DNA from: Octopus vulgaris | Taxonomy: Eukaryota | DNA length: 64,000 nt | Assembly (NCBI GenBank): GCA_951406725.2 | Contig: OX597818.1 | Coordinates: 69,936,001 to 70,000,000 of the forward strand | Direction of reading: 5' to 3' | Shown here: in pieces, positions 11,860 to 25,335 of the stretch | Layout of the letters: each line of letters opens with the position of its first letter | Numbering within the stretch: the first letter of the stretch is position 1 | Notes under the pieces: generated by a model | Databases searched by the model: none | What the model saw: the letters and a program-made list of their open reading frames with translations, nothing else | Told to the model about the DNA's origin: nothing | Made by a program: the position numbers and the translations under genes

Positions 11860-13260
11860 TCGGCTTTTGCATGAGTAGAGAGGTCATTTGTCACCAGTCA
11901 ACACAATCCTTTGGCATCATCTTCATGGAGTTTCCTCTTTCTCACCCTCTTTCTTCCATCGGTTCCACACACATCATCCCTTCCCACATCAATACGGTCT
12001 TCTCTCTTCTCTTAGATTTACTTTTACTCCCAGTTCTTTGAAACAAAGTTGTTCTGATGCAACTAATATTTTGCATTCAGCATTACACTCTGGCATCATT
12101 TGCTTTTGGTCATTGCTGCCCTCTTTGCACTCAGGATCCATGTTCTTAAACCATACAGCATCACACTTTGCACACATGCATCATACACTCGACCTTTACC
12201 CCAGAGGAAGAAGCTCCTTATTGCTAGCATAGATAATAGCTTCCCGAACAGTTCCCAGCCCATTGATATCCTGAGTGCAACGCTATCAAGGGCACCGACC
12301 CCTATAATAGAGAATTAGGTCACTCAGGTAACAAAGGTATTCAAATCTTTTTGGGGAGCCTTTTGTGTATTTGAGGGAATCAATTTACTCCTTGTTTCTA
12401 ATGCTGACAGCCCTATTCACCAATTCTGCATATGAAGTCTGCCTCTTCTGCATCCAGATTGCAGAGCATGGAATCCTGTCACAGACCATCTCTAAGTCAA
12501 CAAATCCCTGTCGTTCTATGAAAGCTAAATACTTCTGAGTTTGTTTCACAAGCAAAATAGCAAAAGTCATTTTCCTTCTCCTCACAAACATTGCATCTCG
12601 TCTTTGTTGATTTTCTATCTAATCAATTGTGCCATAACCCTTTCTATAACCTTTATTATCTGATCTAACAGTGTAAGAATGCCTTGGAAGTTTCTTCTCT
12701 TCTTTGTCCTCAGAGTAAACAATGATGGTGGTTAACACTGTCAGCAATCAGATTATGGCCACTTCCTCTACAACTTGATTTACTAAACACAAGACTAGCA
12801 TGTACTCTTCCGCACATTTTTAGCATCTCCCTCGTAATTCGTGATTCCCTGGGAGTCTTCAGTGTTTTCATATCATTAATAACTCTATCCAATATATTAT
12901 TGTCACCCTGAATGGATGGTTCCACTGTTGAATCCGTCTTTGGGAGACATTTCTTCTCCCATGCATCTTACTACCCACCTCATATCACCAGTTCCACATT
13001 GCTTTCTTTTCACTCTCAGTAAAGAGAGTCGTAGCTTCTGCATTTCATCTTTCAGTAATCGATATATTTTGGATTTATATATCCCTAGAATTCCATATTG
13101 ATAAATTTCTCTTCTGGGAAATGGATGATTTCCATTTTGTTTGCTTTATTTTTCATCTTTGCATTTCACATTCTGTATTTCTGTACTTTCCAATCTCCAA
13201 AACAATTTTGTATCGGTAAGAGGTGACTGTTTGGCAAGACGACCTCTTTAGAGCTGGGTC
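11860..13260 (-). mobile_element. Highly decayed RTE-clade LINE reverse-transcriptase region
   Basis: Minus-strand peptides: INDMKTLKTPRESRITREMLK (like AIKDMKTGKAPGPSGITAEMLK), FVDLEMVCDRIP (like FVDLEKAFDRVP) and KGRVYDACVQSVMLYGLRTW. There are many stops and frameshifts. Confidence 0.8.
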
Positions 13261-13489
13261 CATGATAAATGCACTGAGTATGTATTGTAAGTGGATTGCA
13301 AAGATGAGCAGAGAGAATGTAGAGAAACTAAATAATCCTGTTTAGCCGAGGATTATTCCGTTCCTCATGTTTGTGCTATGGAAAAAATACACTTTAGTAC
13401 TTTATACATCATCAATCATAAGAAATTTTCAAAAGTCTTAGCATAACCATTGCAAATATCTTTTATATTTTCATTGCTAGTTTTTTTAT

Positions 13490-13650
13490 CTAAGACAGCA
13501 AATTGACAGAAATGTTAGAAAGTCATAAAATGAATCTTGTATTTCTTTCGATTCTTTACATTCCAATCTCAAATTCTGCCAAAATCAACTTTGTCCTTCA
13601 CTGCTATTGGGTTGATAAAATAAAGGTTCGGTTAAGTATGGGGGTCCTTC
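13490..13650 (+). mobile_element. Degenerate SINE of the family carrying GCCTTTCATCC...GATAAAATAAGTACC (Meta-domain-like)
   Basis: CTCAAATTCTGCCAAAATCAACTTTGTCCTTCA...GTTGATAAAATAAAG resembles 40510-40715. Confidence 0.55.
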
Positions 13651-15969
13651 CCTAAGTAAGCGCATACAGACGCAGATATATGGGAAGAGATGTAGGTATA
13701 TGTCTATAAGTGTGTGCATTTGTCTATGTATTTATGTGTATGTTTTTGTGGGACTGTACATGTATATGTAGGTGTGTGTGTGTAAATACACACATGTGTA
13801 TGTTCACAATAGTAGTATGTCAGAATTTGTAAGTGCATATACATGTATGCATGTATGTATTTATGTGTGTATGGTTCATGCAAAGCCACTTTGCACAGCC
13901 TACCTCCCCCCATGCCCAACACTAAAGTATACATTACCTCTCAAACTTGATGCATCTCACTACCCCCCCCCCCCTTCCACTCTCTTACAAATACTGTTAT
14001 TTGTAAAAGCTTAACTTTTCTTTTTATGAAGTTTTTCCCAATTTTTTTTCTTTTTGTATTGACATTTTTGTTCATTTTGGTGTTTTTATTTGTTCTTATT
14101 CACAAGGGGGGTATTATATACCTTTCTCTGTTGTCATGGTTTACCAATTTTACATTGATGCTTAAATTAATTAAATAAATAATAATTAAATAACAATTAA
14201 TCATAACATAAGACTGACATATGACCAATTCTAGTTTCCTTTTAACTTTTCTTCAAAAATTATTCAAACATCAAACAGACATTTCTCTCTCTCTCACTCT
14301 CTCTCTCTCTCGTTCTCCATATTCTGACTAAACTCCTCACACTATGTCTAGACCCATACTCCTCTTTCTCCTCCTCTTACTCCTCCTTCTCCTCATGTCT
14401 ATTTTTATATAGCTTTTATAGTCAGTATTTTTTAATTTTGACATTTATTTTCTAATTTTTGTTTTACTTTTATTTTTCATTTTTTGCCTTTTCATTTTAT
14501 GTTTTACTTTTTTACTTTATTATTAATTTCTTTTATATTTTCCTCCATTTTTCTTCTTCTTCTTCCCATCAACCTCACCACCACCCTTGCTCGTCATTCA
14601 CCCCTACCCCCATCTCTAACCCTCTCTTACTCTCCTTTCATACTCTTATGAATTTATCCCCCTCCTTACCAACCCTTCCTGATCCTCTCTTTCTATTCTC
14701 TCCTAAACTCATTCTTTTGTTCTTTCAGAATACTCTCTGACATCACCAAGACTTTTGTCTTCTTTGCAATTACTCCCACCCATCCATATACAATACGGAA
14801 TGGCCAGGTGTCTCCTCTAAAGCAAGGCAACTGTGCACATCCTTCTCCCATACCCTAACCTCTCAGCACCAGTCACCTTCCTCTCTACAGCATCCCCATT
14901 TAGTTGAGGATCTTTTCTTAGTTTTGCAGTTCACATGGCGACATCACTTGCTCTGATGTCACAAAACCAAAAAAAAAAAAAGGCATTAGGAAAGGCATCC
15001 AGCCATAGAAACCAAACTCAAAATAGACATTGGAGCTCAATGCAGGCGTCCAGCTTGCTGGTTGCTGCCAAGCCATGCAGAACATGTCAGCTTGGAAGAT
15101 GACCATTTGATGATGATGATGAGGAGGAGGAGGAACATTGAATGATGATGATAATGATGCTACTGCTGCTGATAATGATATACAAGAAAACTCTACAAAT
15201 TTTATCAAAACACAGTTTATTGTGAGAGATTGAGCTGTTATGTTATCAAGGAAAAAAAACTGCTTTGAAATATTCTTCTAAGTTTATTGCATGGTAGTGG
15301 TGGTTGCAGTCATTATTAAACCCCTGGTCAAGTCCAATTCAGCAGATCTATTTGAAAGGAGTGTTTATCAATTCTACACGGTGAAGAAGCCTCCACATTG
15401 GCTCATTTAGCTGCTATTACTAAGAGTTTTAGAGACCACACAGAGGCTCCCTCGTTGGTTCATGTTAGTTTTGTTTTTTTATGGCAGTTTCAGTTAAATT
15501 GCTGGTGGTTTGCTTCTAGAATAACTCACCATCTTTGTTTAAGCTGAGTGAAGGTGATTGAGAGCAAATGTTATCTAAAGTGTCTGCGGTGCAGTTGGAC
15601 ACAGACCATTTGTGAAATTGATCGGATTTTATTGACTGTGAAGAAAATAAACTATGTATGAGTATATACATGTTTATATACTTGGAGGCAACCGAAGCGG
15701 AACGAAAGTCATAAAGGCAAGATAGGGTGAGAGGTGGGGGTAGGGCGGCGGAGAGTGTGGGGGTCGGGAGTGGAAGTGTGGGGAGTCGTGGGGGTGGGGT
15801 GGACACGGTCAGAAGCGGCATGGATTATCTCCAGAAGAAATGAAAACAAAAAGAAATGGAAGCTTATCATTCATATATATGTGTATTTGCTTGTGTATGC
15901 ATGTGTGTATGTATGTATGTGTGCGTATGTGCATGTGTAGATATGTATATATATACATATATATATATA

Positions 15970-16770
15970 TCATCATCATCATCGTTTAACGTCCACTTTC
16001 CATGCTGGCATGGGTTGGACGGTTTGACTGGGGACTGGTGAGCCAAATGGCTGCACCAGGCTCCAGTCTGATCGGGTAGATTTTCTACAGCTGGATGCCC
16101 TTCCTGACACCAACCACTCTGAGAGTGTAGTAGGTGCTTTTATGTGCCACCGGCATGAGGGCCAGTCAGGCAGTACTGGCAACGGTCACGCTCAAATGGT
16201 GTTTTTTACGTGTCACCTGCACAGGAGCCAGTCTAGCGGCACTGGCAATGACCTCACTTGAATGTTTTTCACGTGCCACTGGTACAAGTGCCAGTAAGGT
16301 GACACAGGTAATGATCACACTCAAATGGTGCTTTTTATGTGCTACTAGCATGGGGGCGAGTCATCATCATCGTTTAACGTCCGCTTTCCATGCTAGCATG
16401 GGTTGGACGATTTGACTGAGGACTGGGGAACCAGATGGCTGCACCAGGCTCCAAACTTGGTCTGGCAGAGTTTCTAAAGCTGGATGCCCTTCCTAAAGCC
16501 AACCACTCCAAGAGTATAGTGGGTGCTTTTACGTGCCACCGGCACGAGGGCCATTCAGGCAGTACTGGCAATGACATCACTCGAATCTTTTTACACATGC
16601 CACTGGCACAGCTGCCAGTAAGGCGATGTTGGTAACAATCATGCTCGGATGGTGCCTCTTACCTGCCACCGGCACGGAACCCAGTTAGCCACTCTGGCAA
16701 TGATCATGCTCAGATGATGCTCTTAGCACCCTACTAGCACGGGGCTCAAGTGCCAGTATTGTGACACTTA
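15970..16770 (-). mobile_element. Two head-to-tail RTE-type 3'-end repeats, each with about 4 structured minisatellite units
   Basis: Tails start at about 15970 and 16362. Units of TGCTTTTACGTGCCACCGGCAC..GCCAGT..ACTGGC lie at 16135-16352 and 16524-16760. Confidence 0.85.
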
Positions 16771-16824
16771 CATACACACATATATACACACACACATGTA
16801 TATATGGATATGTTTATATATATA

Positions 16825-17335
16825 CTAGCAGTATTGCCCGGCGTTGCTCGGGTTTGTAAGGGAAATAACTATATAAGTATTTTTAGAGAGTTACTTCCCT
16901 TATAGATGCCAATTCGGGCTTTCTTAGCCATTTCTGTTTTGGTGTCTTCAAGCCATGATGTCGTTGTTCTAAAAGAACGCTGGTCTCCTTGACAACGCTT
17001 TACGACGTTGATTTCCTTACACTCCCTTCCCCACAGCTTCACGAGGGAGGGAAGAAGGGGGAGAAGCAAACAGGTGCAGGTGTGACCATGGACGCCAACT
17101 CCGCCGCCATCGACACACGAAAAATTATGCATTAAAATGGAATAAAAAATGATGTTAAATTTTTTTTGAAATCGTAGACTCATCGTAGACGCACACTAAT
17201 ACTCAGACGGGCTTGATATGAATCACGACTATAAGATACCCGAATTTGGTTAAACTGCACCGCAAAATGTGGGAGTAGTTAGGAATCTAAATCGAAGGGG
17301 ACAGACACTCACACAACTACAGTTTTATATATAGA
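16825..17335 (-). mobile_element. Non-autonomous Helitron
   Basis: On the minus strand it begins A|TC (TCTATATATAAAA) and ends CTAG|T. A subterminal hairpin CCCGAGCAACGCCGGG (16837-16852) lies 12 nt from the end. There is no TSD. Confidence 0.8.
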
Positions 17336-17707
17336 TATGTCTGTACATTTATGTGAGTGTATGTATGAATGTTTCTGTCCCCTTCACTTGATATCACATG
17401 ATTGTCCTAAATGAAAGTCATTCATTTCCATTATTCTGCAAAAACACGTCCTTGCTTGGATCCAGAGCACCTCACATCAATAGTCTCCATGGAATCACTG
17501 ATGCCTCTACCACACCTCTGGTCATTGGCAATGATCCTTACTCTTTTGATTCATTCTCATCGTGACTAGTTTTTGCCTCTGCTTCCATCGAATTTTCAGT
17601 CTTTCAATGACTTTTCTGATCCAATTGCTTTCCCTACTTTCATTTTTAAACAACAGCTATTTCAGTTTTTGTCAATTCCAGTCACTCTGTTGGGCTTTAC
17701 ATAGAGG

Positions 17708-17710
<3 letters not shown>

Positions 17711-17789
<79 letters not shown>
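17711..17789. repeat. (CT)n microsatellite
   Basis: Seen directly in the sequence. Confidence 0.95.
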
Positions 17790-17792
<3 letters not shown>

Positions 17793-17971
17793 CTTTGTTT
17801 CTTTGTCTTGTCATCAGTTACGGTGAACAAATGGCTGTTAATTTATACAAATATTACGTCACCTGAGAACGAGGGGAGTTGGCCACTGAAAAGGCATCAA
17901 CATACTCCAGTCTGGCCTATACAGAAGTAAATGTTAAAAAGATGGTAATAAGGATATGAATGGTATATATA

Positions 17972-18385
17972 GGCAAAGACATGGTTGTGTGGTAAGAAGT
18001 TTGCTTCCCAACCACATGGTTCCAGGTTCAATCCCACTGCATGGCACCTTGGATAAGTGTTTTCTACTATTAGTCACAGGCCAACTAAAGCCTTGTGAGT
18101 GGATTTAGTGGGTGGAAACTGAAAGAAGCCCATCGTATGTGTGTGTGTGTGCGTGCATGCATGTGTTTGTTCCCCATCTCCACTATTTGACAACCAGTGT
18201 TGGTTTGTTTATGTCCCCATAACTTAATGGTTTAGGCAAAAGAGAATGATAGAATAAGTGCTAGGTTTAAAAAAAGAAAGAAGTCCAAGAGTCAACTTGT
18301 TCAACTAAAATTTCTTCAAGGCAGTGCTTCAGTATGACCAAACTCTAACAATTGAAACAAATTAAAAGAACAAAAATAAAGAATA
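17972..18385 (+). mobile_element. Full-length tRNA-derived CORE-type SINE
   Basis: A-box TGGTTGTGTGG, B-box GGTTCAATCCC, CORE-like GCACCTTGGATAAGTGT, an internal (TG)n and the tail GGCAGTGCTTCAGTATGACC...GAAACAA. Confidence 0.85.
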
Positions 18386-19077
18386 TATATATATATCGTA
18401 TATCTGTAGGTATAAGAGAAGTTTAACTTGATCTCTTGACTGGCTAGAATAAGCAACTAAAGAAGGACTATAATGTACTCCTAGATAGACAATGTCTATA
18501 TCAATGATATGCCTGTGATAGGTAGAATGTTTTTGGATCCCAGATCAATGGGCTCCCAACTGTGACAAGGAGGAAATCCAAGACAAACAGTTTTGGTTGA
18601 TGTTCCTTGGAGAGATATTAAGGAAATTAGCAGAACTTTCAGACAACTTGAATCCTCCCAAGATACAACAGAAAAAAAGTTAAAAAGAAAGCTATGCAAA
18701 AAGTAACATCCTTCAAGGTGGTGCCCCAGCATGGCTGCTGTCCAATGGCTGAAACAAGATCTAAAGGGATAGTTTATTGATTGATTGACCTGTTGAAGTT
18801 TCAAGGCAAACAACTGCTTTGAAGTTTCCTTTTAAGTTTATGAAGACCTGTCACTTGGAATATTTTTTACAGCTCTTGTAGAATAGATTTTGGGTTGGTT
18901 TGGTTTTTTTTACACAACAAAGCTTAATTCTAATTAAAAAGGAAAGTCTGCAGGGAATTAAAAGATACTGTTTTATAGAATACATTATTTGATGATTCAA
19001 AGTTGTACACTTCAGTAGCTTGAGAATGCAATCAATAATAATAATAATAATAATGATAACAATAATCGATAATAATA

Positions 19078-19935
19078 AGGATTTCAAATTTTAGCACAAG
19101 GCCAGCAATATATTTTGTTGGGAGGGGTATAGTCAGTTGCATTAACCCCAGTGCTCAACTGGTATGCATTTTATTGACCATGGCGAGATGAAAGGCAAAG
19201 TCAACCTCAGTGGAATTTGAACTCAGAACATAAAGACAGACAAAATATTGCAAAGCATTCGGCCAGGCATCCCAACGATTTCTAACAGCGGCACAATGTT
19301 TGATGTTTTGTGGGAAGTAGCTTAATCAATAGTTTTGACTTCAGTACAAGACTGGTTCTTTATTTTTTCAACCCTGATCACCAAGTTGACTACAAGCAGG
19401 ATTTGAACACAGAATAGAAGCAACTGGAAACTGTGGAGTGTTTTGCCCTGTGCTCTAGTGATTCTGCAAATCCACCATACTAATTAATGATTTTTAATTT
19501 AGACACAAGACTAGCAATGTGTTGAGGGTAGGAGTGTTGGTGGTAATCAATGAAATCAATCCCTATTTCTTCACTGCTGTTTTAGTTTATCAATCCCAAA
19601 GAAATAGAAGACAAAGTGAAACTTAAGATTTGAACTCAGGATGCAAAAACTTGTGACAAAACACTGCAAAGCATTTTATTAATCCTAATAATCCATTGTC
19701 GTTTAATAGAAATAATTGCAAAAATAATAATAATTTCCAGCATTGACAGAAAGCCAGGAAATTTAAAAGCAGGGAAAACCCAGTTTTATCAACCTCAGCA
19801 GCTGTTTGGTATTTCATTTTATCGACCCCAGAAGAAAGTAAAACAAAACTAAATTCAGCAGGATCAGAACTCAGAACTCACAACTTAAATGACTGACTAA
19901 ATGCTACATAAAATTCTGTTTTCTGCTATTCCAGC
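19078..19935 (-). mobile_element. Four head-to-tail Meta-domain-like SINE copies
   Basis: Repeated ACTGGTA-TTTTATTGACC...AAAGGCAAAGTCAACC...GAATTTGAACTCAG blocks at about 19081, 19295, 19490 and 19730, partly separated by TAA-rich tracts. Confidence 0.75.
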
Positions 19936-20189
19936 CAAAGACGAAGATTATCTTAATTCTGTCTCAAAGTCTCCTTCAACTGTAAAACACTGACATACAC
20001 ATCATAGTTGCTAATGAACTAAATTATTTGGATCGAGCCAACCGACGTATGTTAGTCATGTATGTCACACAAACTCAGTTGTTATTCAGCTGAGTAATAA
20101 TCAGAAGACGAGCATCATCCATGAATGAGTCTGGCTTGGTAATACGTCCCATGCTTTCACCAATTGTTTTAGGTGCCTGTATAACCACA

Positions 20190-20430
20190 AGCGAATATAG
20201 ATGACCACTTTTCCCCCTTCCACACTCTGATCCATCAGCATGACCAGGATGTGACTGTTAGAGGGAACAAAAAGAGCTGCAGCCTACTACACACACACTC
20301 AGCTGAGACTGGAGCAACACGAAATGAAGTACCTTGTTCAAGGACACAATGCACCGCCTAGTTCAGGAATTGAACCTTTGCCATTATGATCAGAAACCAA
20401 GCTCACTCACAACAAGGCCTACAACTTCAT
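20190..20430 (-). mobile_element. tRNA-derived CORE SINE, second family
   Basis: The reverse complement has B-box GGTTCAATTCC, then GTGTCCTTGAACAAGGTACTTCATTTCGTGTTGCTCCAGTC (CORE-like). It is related to 26036-26360. Confidence 0.65.
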
Positions 20431-21811
20431 AAGCAATAATTAATTGCTTAATTACAGCAAAAATGACTCAGCATATTTATCAAAAAATCTTTAATTAACA
20501 TCAATAAATTAATTCTTATAAACTCACTGTTTTTCCACCTCTTCATAATGATTCTTCTCTCTTCGTTATTTACTCGACTGCAATGAAATAAATCTGTTTT
20601 CCTGAGGAGATTTAATTAGTCTGGACCCTGTCGAGAGTTGTCTGTTGTACTTGCCATAAAGATTCCAGTAATGTTAAATAGAGACCAACTGTTGTAATTA
20701 CTTCATCACATAATTATTTCTAATTAGTTTCGTTTTCATGTTAATTATGCAAATACCAACTTAACTATTGTTTACTATGCAGATGACATCCCAGAGAAAT
20801 TAAACTGAATAAGATTGCTTTTAAGTCTGATAATTTGTTTGCCTCTGCAGTATTATACAAATCTGTATCTGACTTATAATCTACCCTTTTTATGGGGAGT
20901 GGGAGAAGGCAGTGTGAAGGACCCTTTACAGGGGCCTCTAAGGTTGGTGGAAGGGTAGAAGGGGGGAAAGGAGGCACCTTTCATTTAAAAACCTGGCCTG
21001 GTTGTTTGCCAGAGTGAACTCTAATAAAAGTATTTGTGTTCAAATTCCATTTGACTCAAACCTTCCTTTCATCTTTGAAGGTTGATAAAAATTGATTGAG
21101 AGGAAGTGGAGGGCTGGGGAATTGGTGAAATTGTAAGAACATCAGGCCAGATATCTTGTATTTGTGTTCCAGCTCTTTATTTTGGTGGTTCAAATCCTTC
21201 CATGGCCAACCGAGATGACAGACATTACCTGGTTTAACACAACACTTTTGTTACCTCGAGTGTCTCAAGCAAATTTCATTCAAATCTGGTTCTTCTTGCC
21301 CTTTCATAAGTTTCGAAGATCCTGGGAATGGTTACAGGCAGTGCCTCCACCCCCCACTCCACCCCCACCACCCCACCCCCACCACCCAACTAAAAGATAG
21401 CAAAATAGATAAATAAATAAAAACTGTTGCAAGTCAAGAATGGCAGAAATTTTAGAGAAGAAAGATCGAGGGGGGGGGGGATTGGAGGAGGGGAAAGAAC
21501 TGAATGGAGATTAAAGGTGGCACATGATGAGCCAGAGCTGTGGCGCAGAGGACCATTGTAGTAAGCAAGGAGGCAGAGAGAGAGAGAGAAAGAGGTGTAC
21601 ATCCATAAGTTTGGAGATGGAATATGTTCACGAGTATTTTAATTAGTCAAATGGATTGCCCCTGGATGGGTTTTAGGATGTCTGTGACAGTAGTGATAGC
21701 AGCAGCTCTGACTCGGATTTGCAGGCAGGATCCCATTGTGGGTCCCACCTGAATATTGCAGAGGGTTAATTGTTATTGGAAGTAGAAGTAATTTCTGCAT
21801 CCTCTACATTA

Positions 21812-22165
21812 TAGTAAGAAGTTTGCTTGTAAACCACCTGGCTCCAGGTTCAGTCCCACTGTGTGGCACCTTGGGCAAATATCTTCTACTATAGCCTTAA
21901 GCCAACCAAAGCCTTATGAGTAGATTTGGTTGATGGAAACTGAGAGAAGACTATCGTGTGTGTGTGTGTGTCTGAGTCTGTTGCACTGCTCAACCACTTG
22001 GCAACTGGTGTTGGTGTGGTTGCATCCCTATAACTTAGTGGTTCAGCAAAAAGACCAATAGAATAAGAACCAGGCTTAAAGAAATAGATGCGGAGGTCAG
22101 TTCCTTTAAGTATAATTCTTGAAAGTGTGCCCCAGCATGGCCACAGTCTAATGATAAAAGATTAC
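21812..22165 (+). mobile_element. tRNA-derived CORE-type SINE
   Basis: GGTTCAGTCCCACTGTGTGGCACCTTGGGCAAATATCTT...GTGCCCCAGCATGGCCACAGTC. Confidence 0.85.
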
Positions 22166-23189
22166 TTATATTCCAACAGAAGATGAATGTTGTTGTTTAA
22201 CTGCAGGGTATCCTGAATTAAGCCAAGGGGTTCCAACAAAGACTCTCCTATTTTGTCTCTTGATAGTGGGGGCCATATCAACCAATAGGATTTTCATATT
22301 AGGATAAAATGTCCAAGTTAGATTTGGCTATTATTCCTGCATAAAACACACCCATCTGTAATGGGAGAAGTGATGCCTGGATTTGTGTCCTTCACCATCT
22401 CATAACAGGCACTTATAAGATTAGAAATGATAATGAATGTTTTTATAATTATCATGCTTTATTATCTCAAAGTATTTTTGATAAACCAATAATTTACATT
22501 ATCAAATTCATCATCATCATTATCATTATTATTATTATTATCACTATTATTATTATATTTTACTTTCACTGGTTTCAATCAATTTTACAGATTTTTTTTG
22601 TTTTGTTTTATTGTTTATTTCTCCTATTATTCAAATTTCTCTCTTCCAGTCTGCAAAACCTAGATGCAAATTGTACCGTTTCTATTTCCTAGCAAATATT
22701 ATCGACATACTAAATATTTTTCCAGATCAGGTCTCTCGTATGATAATGAGTCAATTAGGACTTGCGATACAATTAGTTTTCCTGTTTACTTGTTTAAGGC
22801 TATTGATAGGTTATTGTTTATTGATGAATTGCCGGTAGAATGAAAACAACAACACCACCAACAACAACAACTTTGACTTGTAACTATTAACCTTGATGAT
22901 GTTTTGAATATGAGGGTCAAAGTCAGAACGTGGAAATCTTAAATATTTTCTATTATGTGTGTGTGTGTGTGTGTGTGAATGGGTGCTCTTAAAAACGCTC
23001 TGTATGTATGTATGTAATTATGACTGTAACACGCTCTGATACACACACACACACACACATATACATAAATGTGTATAATGTATGTACATATTTAAAAATG
23101 TGTGTGAGTGCATATGTATGTATGTATACATACACAGAGAGATACTGGAAGATAGCTAGACATGAATACATACACATATATGTTTGTAT

Positions 23190-23545
23190 AGGAGCCGGCG
23201 TGGTTGTGTGGTAAGTAGCTTGCTTCGCAACCACATGGTTTTGGGTTCAGTCCCACTGCGTGGCACCTTGGGCAAGTGTCTTCTACAACTGCCTCGGGCT
23301 GACCAAAGCCTTCTGGGTGGATATGGTAGATGGAAACTGAAAGAAGCACTTTGTATATATGTGTGTATGTGTTTGTTCCCCTCCACTACCACCACCATTG
23401 CTTGACAACCAGTTCAGTTAAAGAGATGGATAGAATAAGTACTAGGCTTACAAAGAATAAGTCCTGGGGCAGACTTGTTCAACTAAAGGCAGTGCTCCAG
23501 CATGGCTGCAGTCGAATGACTGAAACAAATAAAAGTCTAAAGGAA
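23190..23545 (+). mobile_element. tRNA-derived CORE-type SINE
   Basis: A and B boxes, GCACCTTGGGCAAGTGTCTT, and the tail GGCAGTGCTCCAGCATGGCTGCAGTCGAATGACTGAAAC. Confidence 0.9.
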
Positions 23546-24114
23546 TATGTAGATGTGTAAATGCTTTTAGTTTTCCAAAGAGGAGAAAGAGAACTCAATA
23601 CATATAGTAGAGTATTCATAATAGGTTCTATAAGTTAGGCAAGGACTGAAAGTTTTCTATTCAAAAAGTACTTTAATACAAAAACAGAATCTCCTTGAAT
23701 AACCCTCTGTAACATTCTTCAGAAGTATTTATGGTATTTATGTGTGCATGTGCTTGTACATACATGCACACACACACACAGTTATATATATAATCAAAAT
23801 AAGCAACAAGGATATCCAAGGTAATGTTTCATGCTACTTCATTTTATTAAACACTGTAAGTATTACATCAGTTTTAAAATGTCGAGCAATCTTCAGCCAC
23901 ATATAGAATTTTTTAATTAAATGGACAGTGCACATTCTTATACTTATTTCATTTGCCAACATTACAAAGAGGATAGATATAGAGAGAGAGAGGTTAATTT
24001 CATCATTAAGAACGTGATTGGTACAAGTGGATGTCATTGTGTGTGTATGTACATATATGTATGTGCATGTAATTTATTGTAAGAATTCTCCTTTATATAT
24101 CTTTATGTATGCAT

Positions 24115-24350
24115 GTGGGTGTGTGTGTCTTTGTGTCAGTTTTTGTCTCCCATCACTGCTTGACAGCTAGTGTGTGTGTTTACATCCCGGTAACTTAGTG
24201 GTTCAGCGAAAGAGACGGAGAGAATAAATACCAGGCTTAAAAACAAAGTAGCCCCAGGGTCAACTCGTTCAACAAAAAATTCTCCAAGGTGTTGCCCCAG
24301 CATGGTTGCAGTCTTAAGACTGAGACAAGTAAAAGACACTAGATAAAAGA
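24115..24350 (+). mobile_element. 3' half of a CORE-type SINE
   Basis: GTAACTTAGTGGTTCAGCGAAAGAGAC...GTTGCCCCAGCATGGTTGCAGTCTTAAGACTG. Confidence 0.8.
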
Positions 24351-24617
24351 TACCTACATATATATGTATATATATATGAACACACACTTGTACGTACATA
24401 CAAACACACACACATGTATGCACATACGAGTGTGTATATTCAGCATTTCAGATATTAATGTCGATCAGTTTTTGAAAATATTTCAATAATGTCAATAACT
24501 GGTTATTTTCTTAAACATCTGAATGAATCATCAATTAAGATATATTTAATGTTCTTCAAACACAATTAACAAATCACTACATACTTTAGCTGTTTTTATT
24601 CTTTTCTTTTATTCCTC

Positions 24618-24673
<56 letters not shown>

Positions 24674-25030
24674 GTCGTTGTTGTTGTTTTCCTCTTTTCT
24701 TCTCGTGTTCATTATCAAATATTCTTTTTAGTTCATATATATTTTAAACATTAGTAAAGCTTGGATGCTTCCCGTACACAATTCACTTTTTTTCTTCTAA
24801 TACCATTAGTGAAAGGATGTAAAATAACCCTGGCAGAGTATTTTTAGATTCATCCCAACTAATGATAATAGATAACACAACAATATTAATGCCATTTTTC
24901 AGTAGTTATATTTTTATTGCTTGTTTTCACTGCACTGTTGAGCACAGCTCTGTGCACCTTGGCTGTGTGCAGTGTTTTGCGGTTGCTTTCTAGTTTATAC
25001 TGTATTAAAGTAACACACACACATAAACAC

Positions 25031-25317
<287 letters not shown>

Positions 25318-25335
25318 AATGTATAATATATATAC

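Noticed and set aside
15725-15802. G-rich tract with G-quadruplex potential
   Set aside because: It is low-complexity sequence with no functional context, probably a decayed retroelement UTR.
16135-16760. Regularly spaced palindromic repeats resembling a CRISPR array
   Set aside because: The intervening sequences are homologous rather than unique spacers, the units lie within a retroelement 3' UTR, there are no cas genes, and the context is eukaryotic.
17972-18050. tRNA genes at SINE heads
   Set aside because: A and B boxes are present, but no full cloverleaf forms and the sequence continues into the SINE body.
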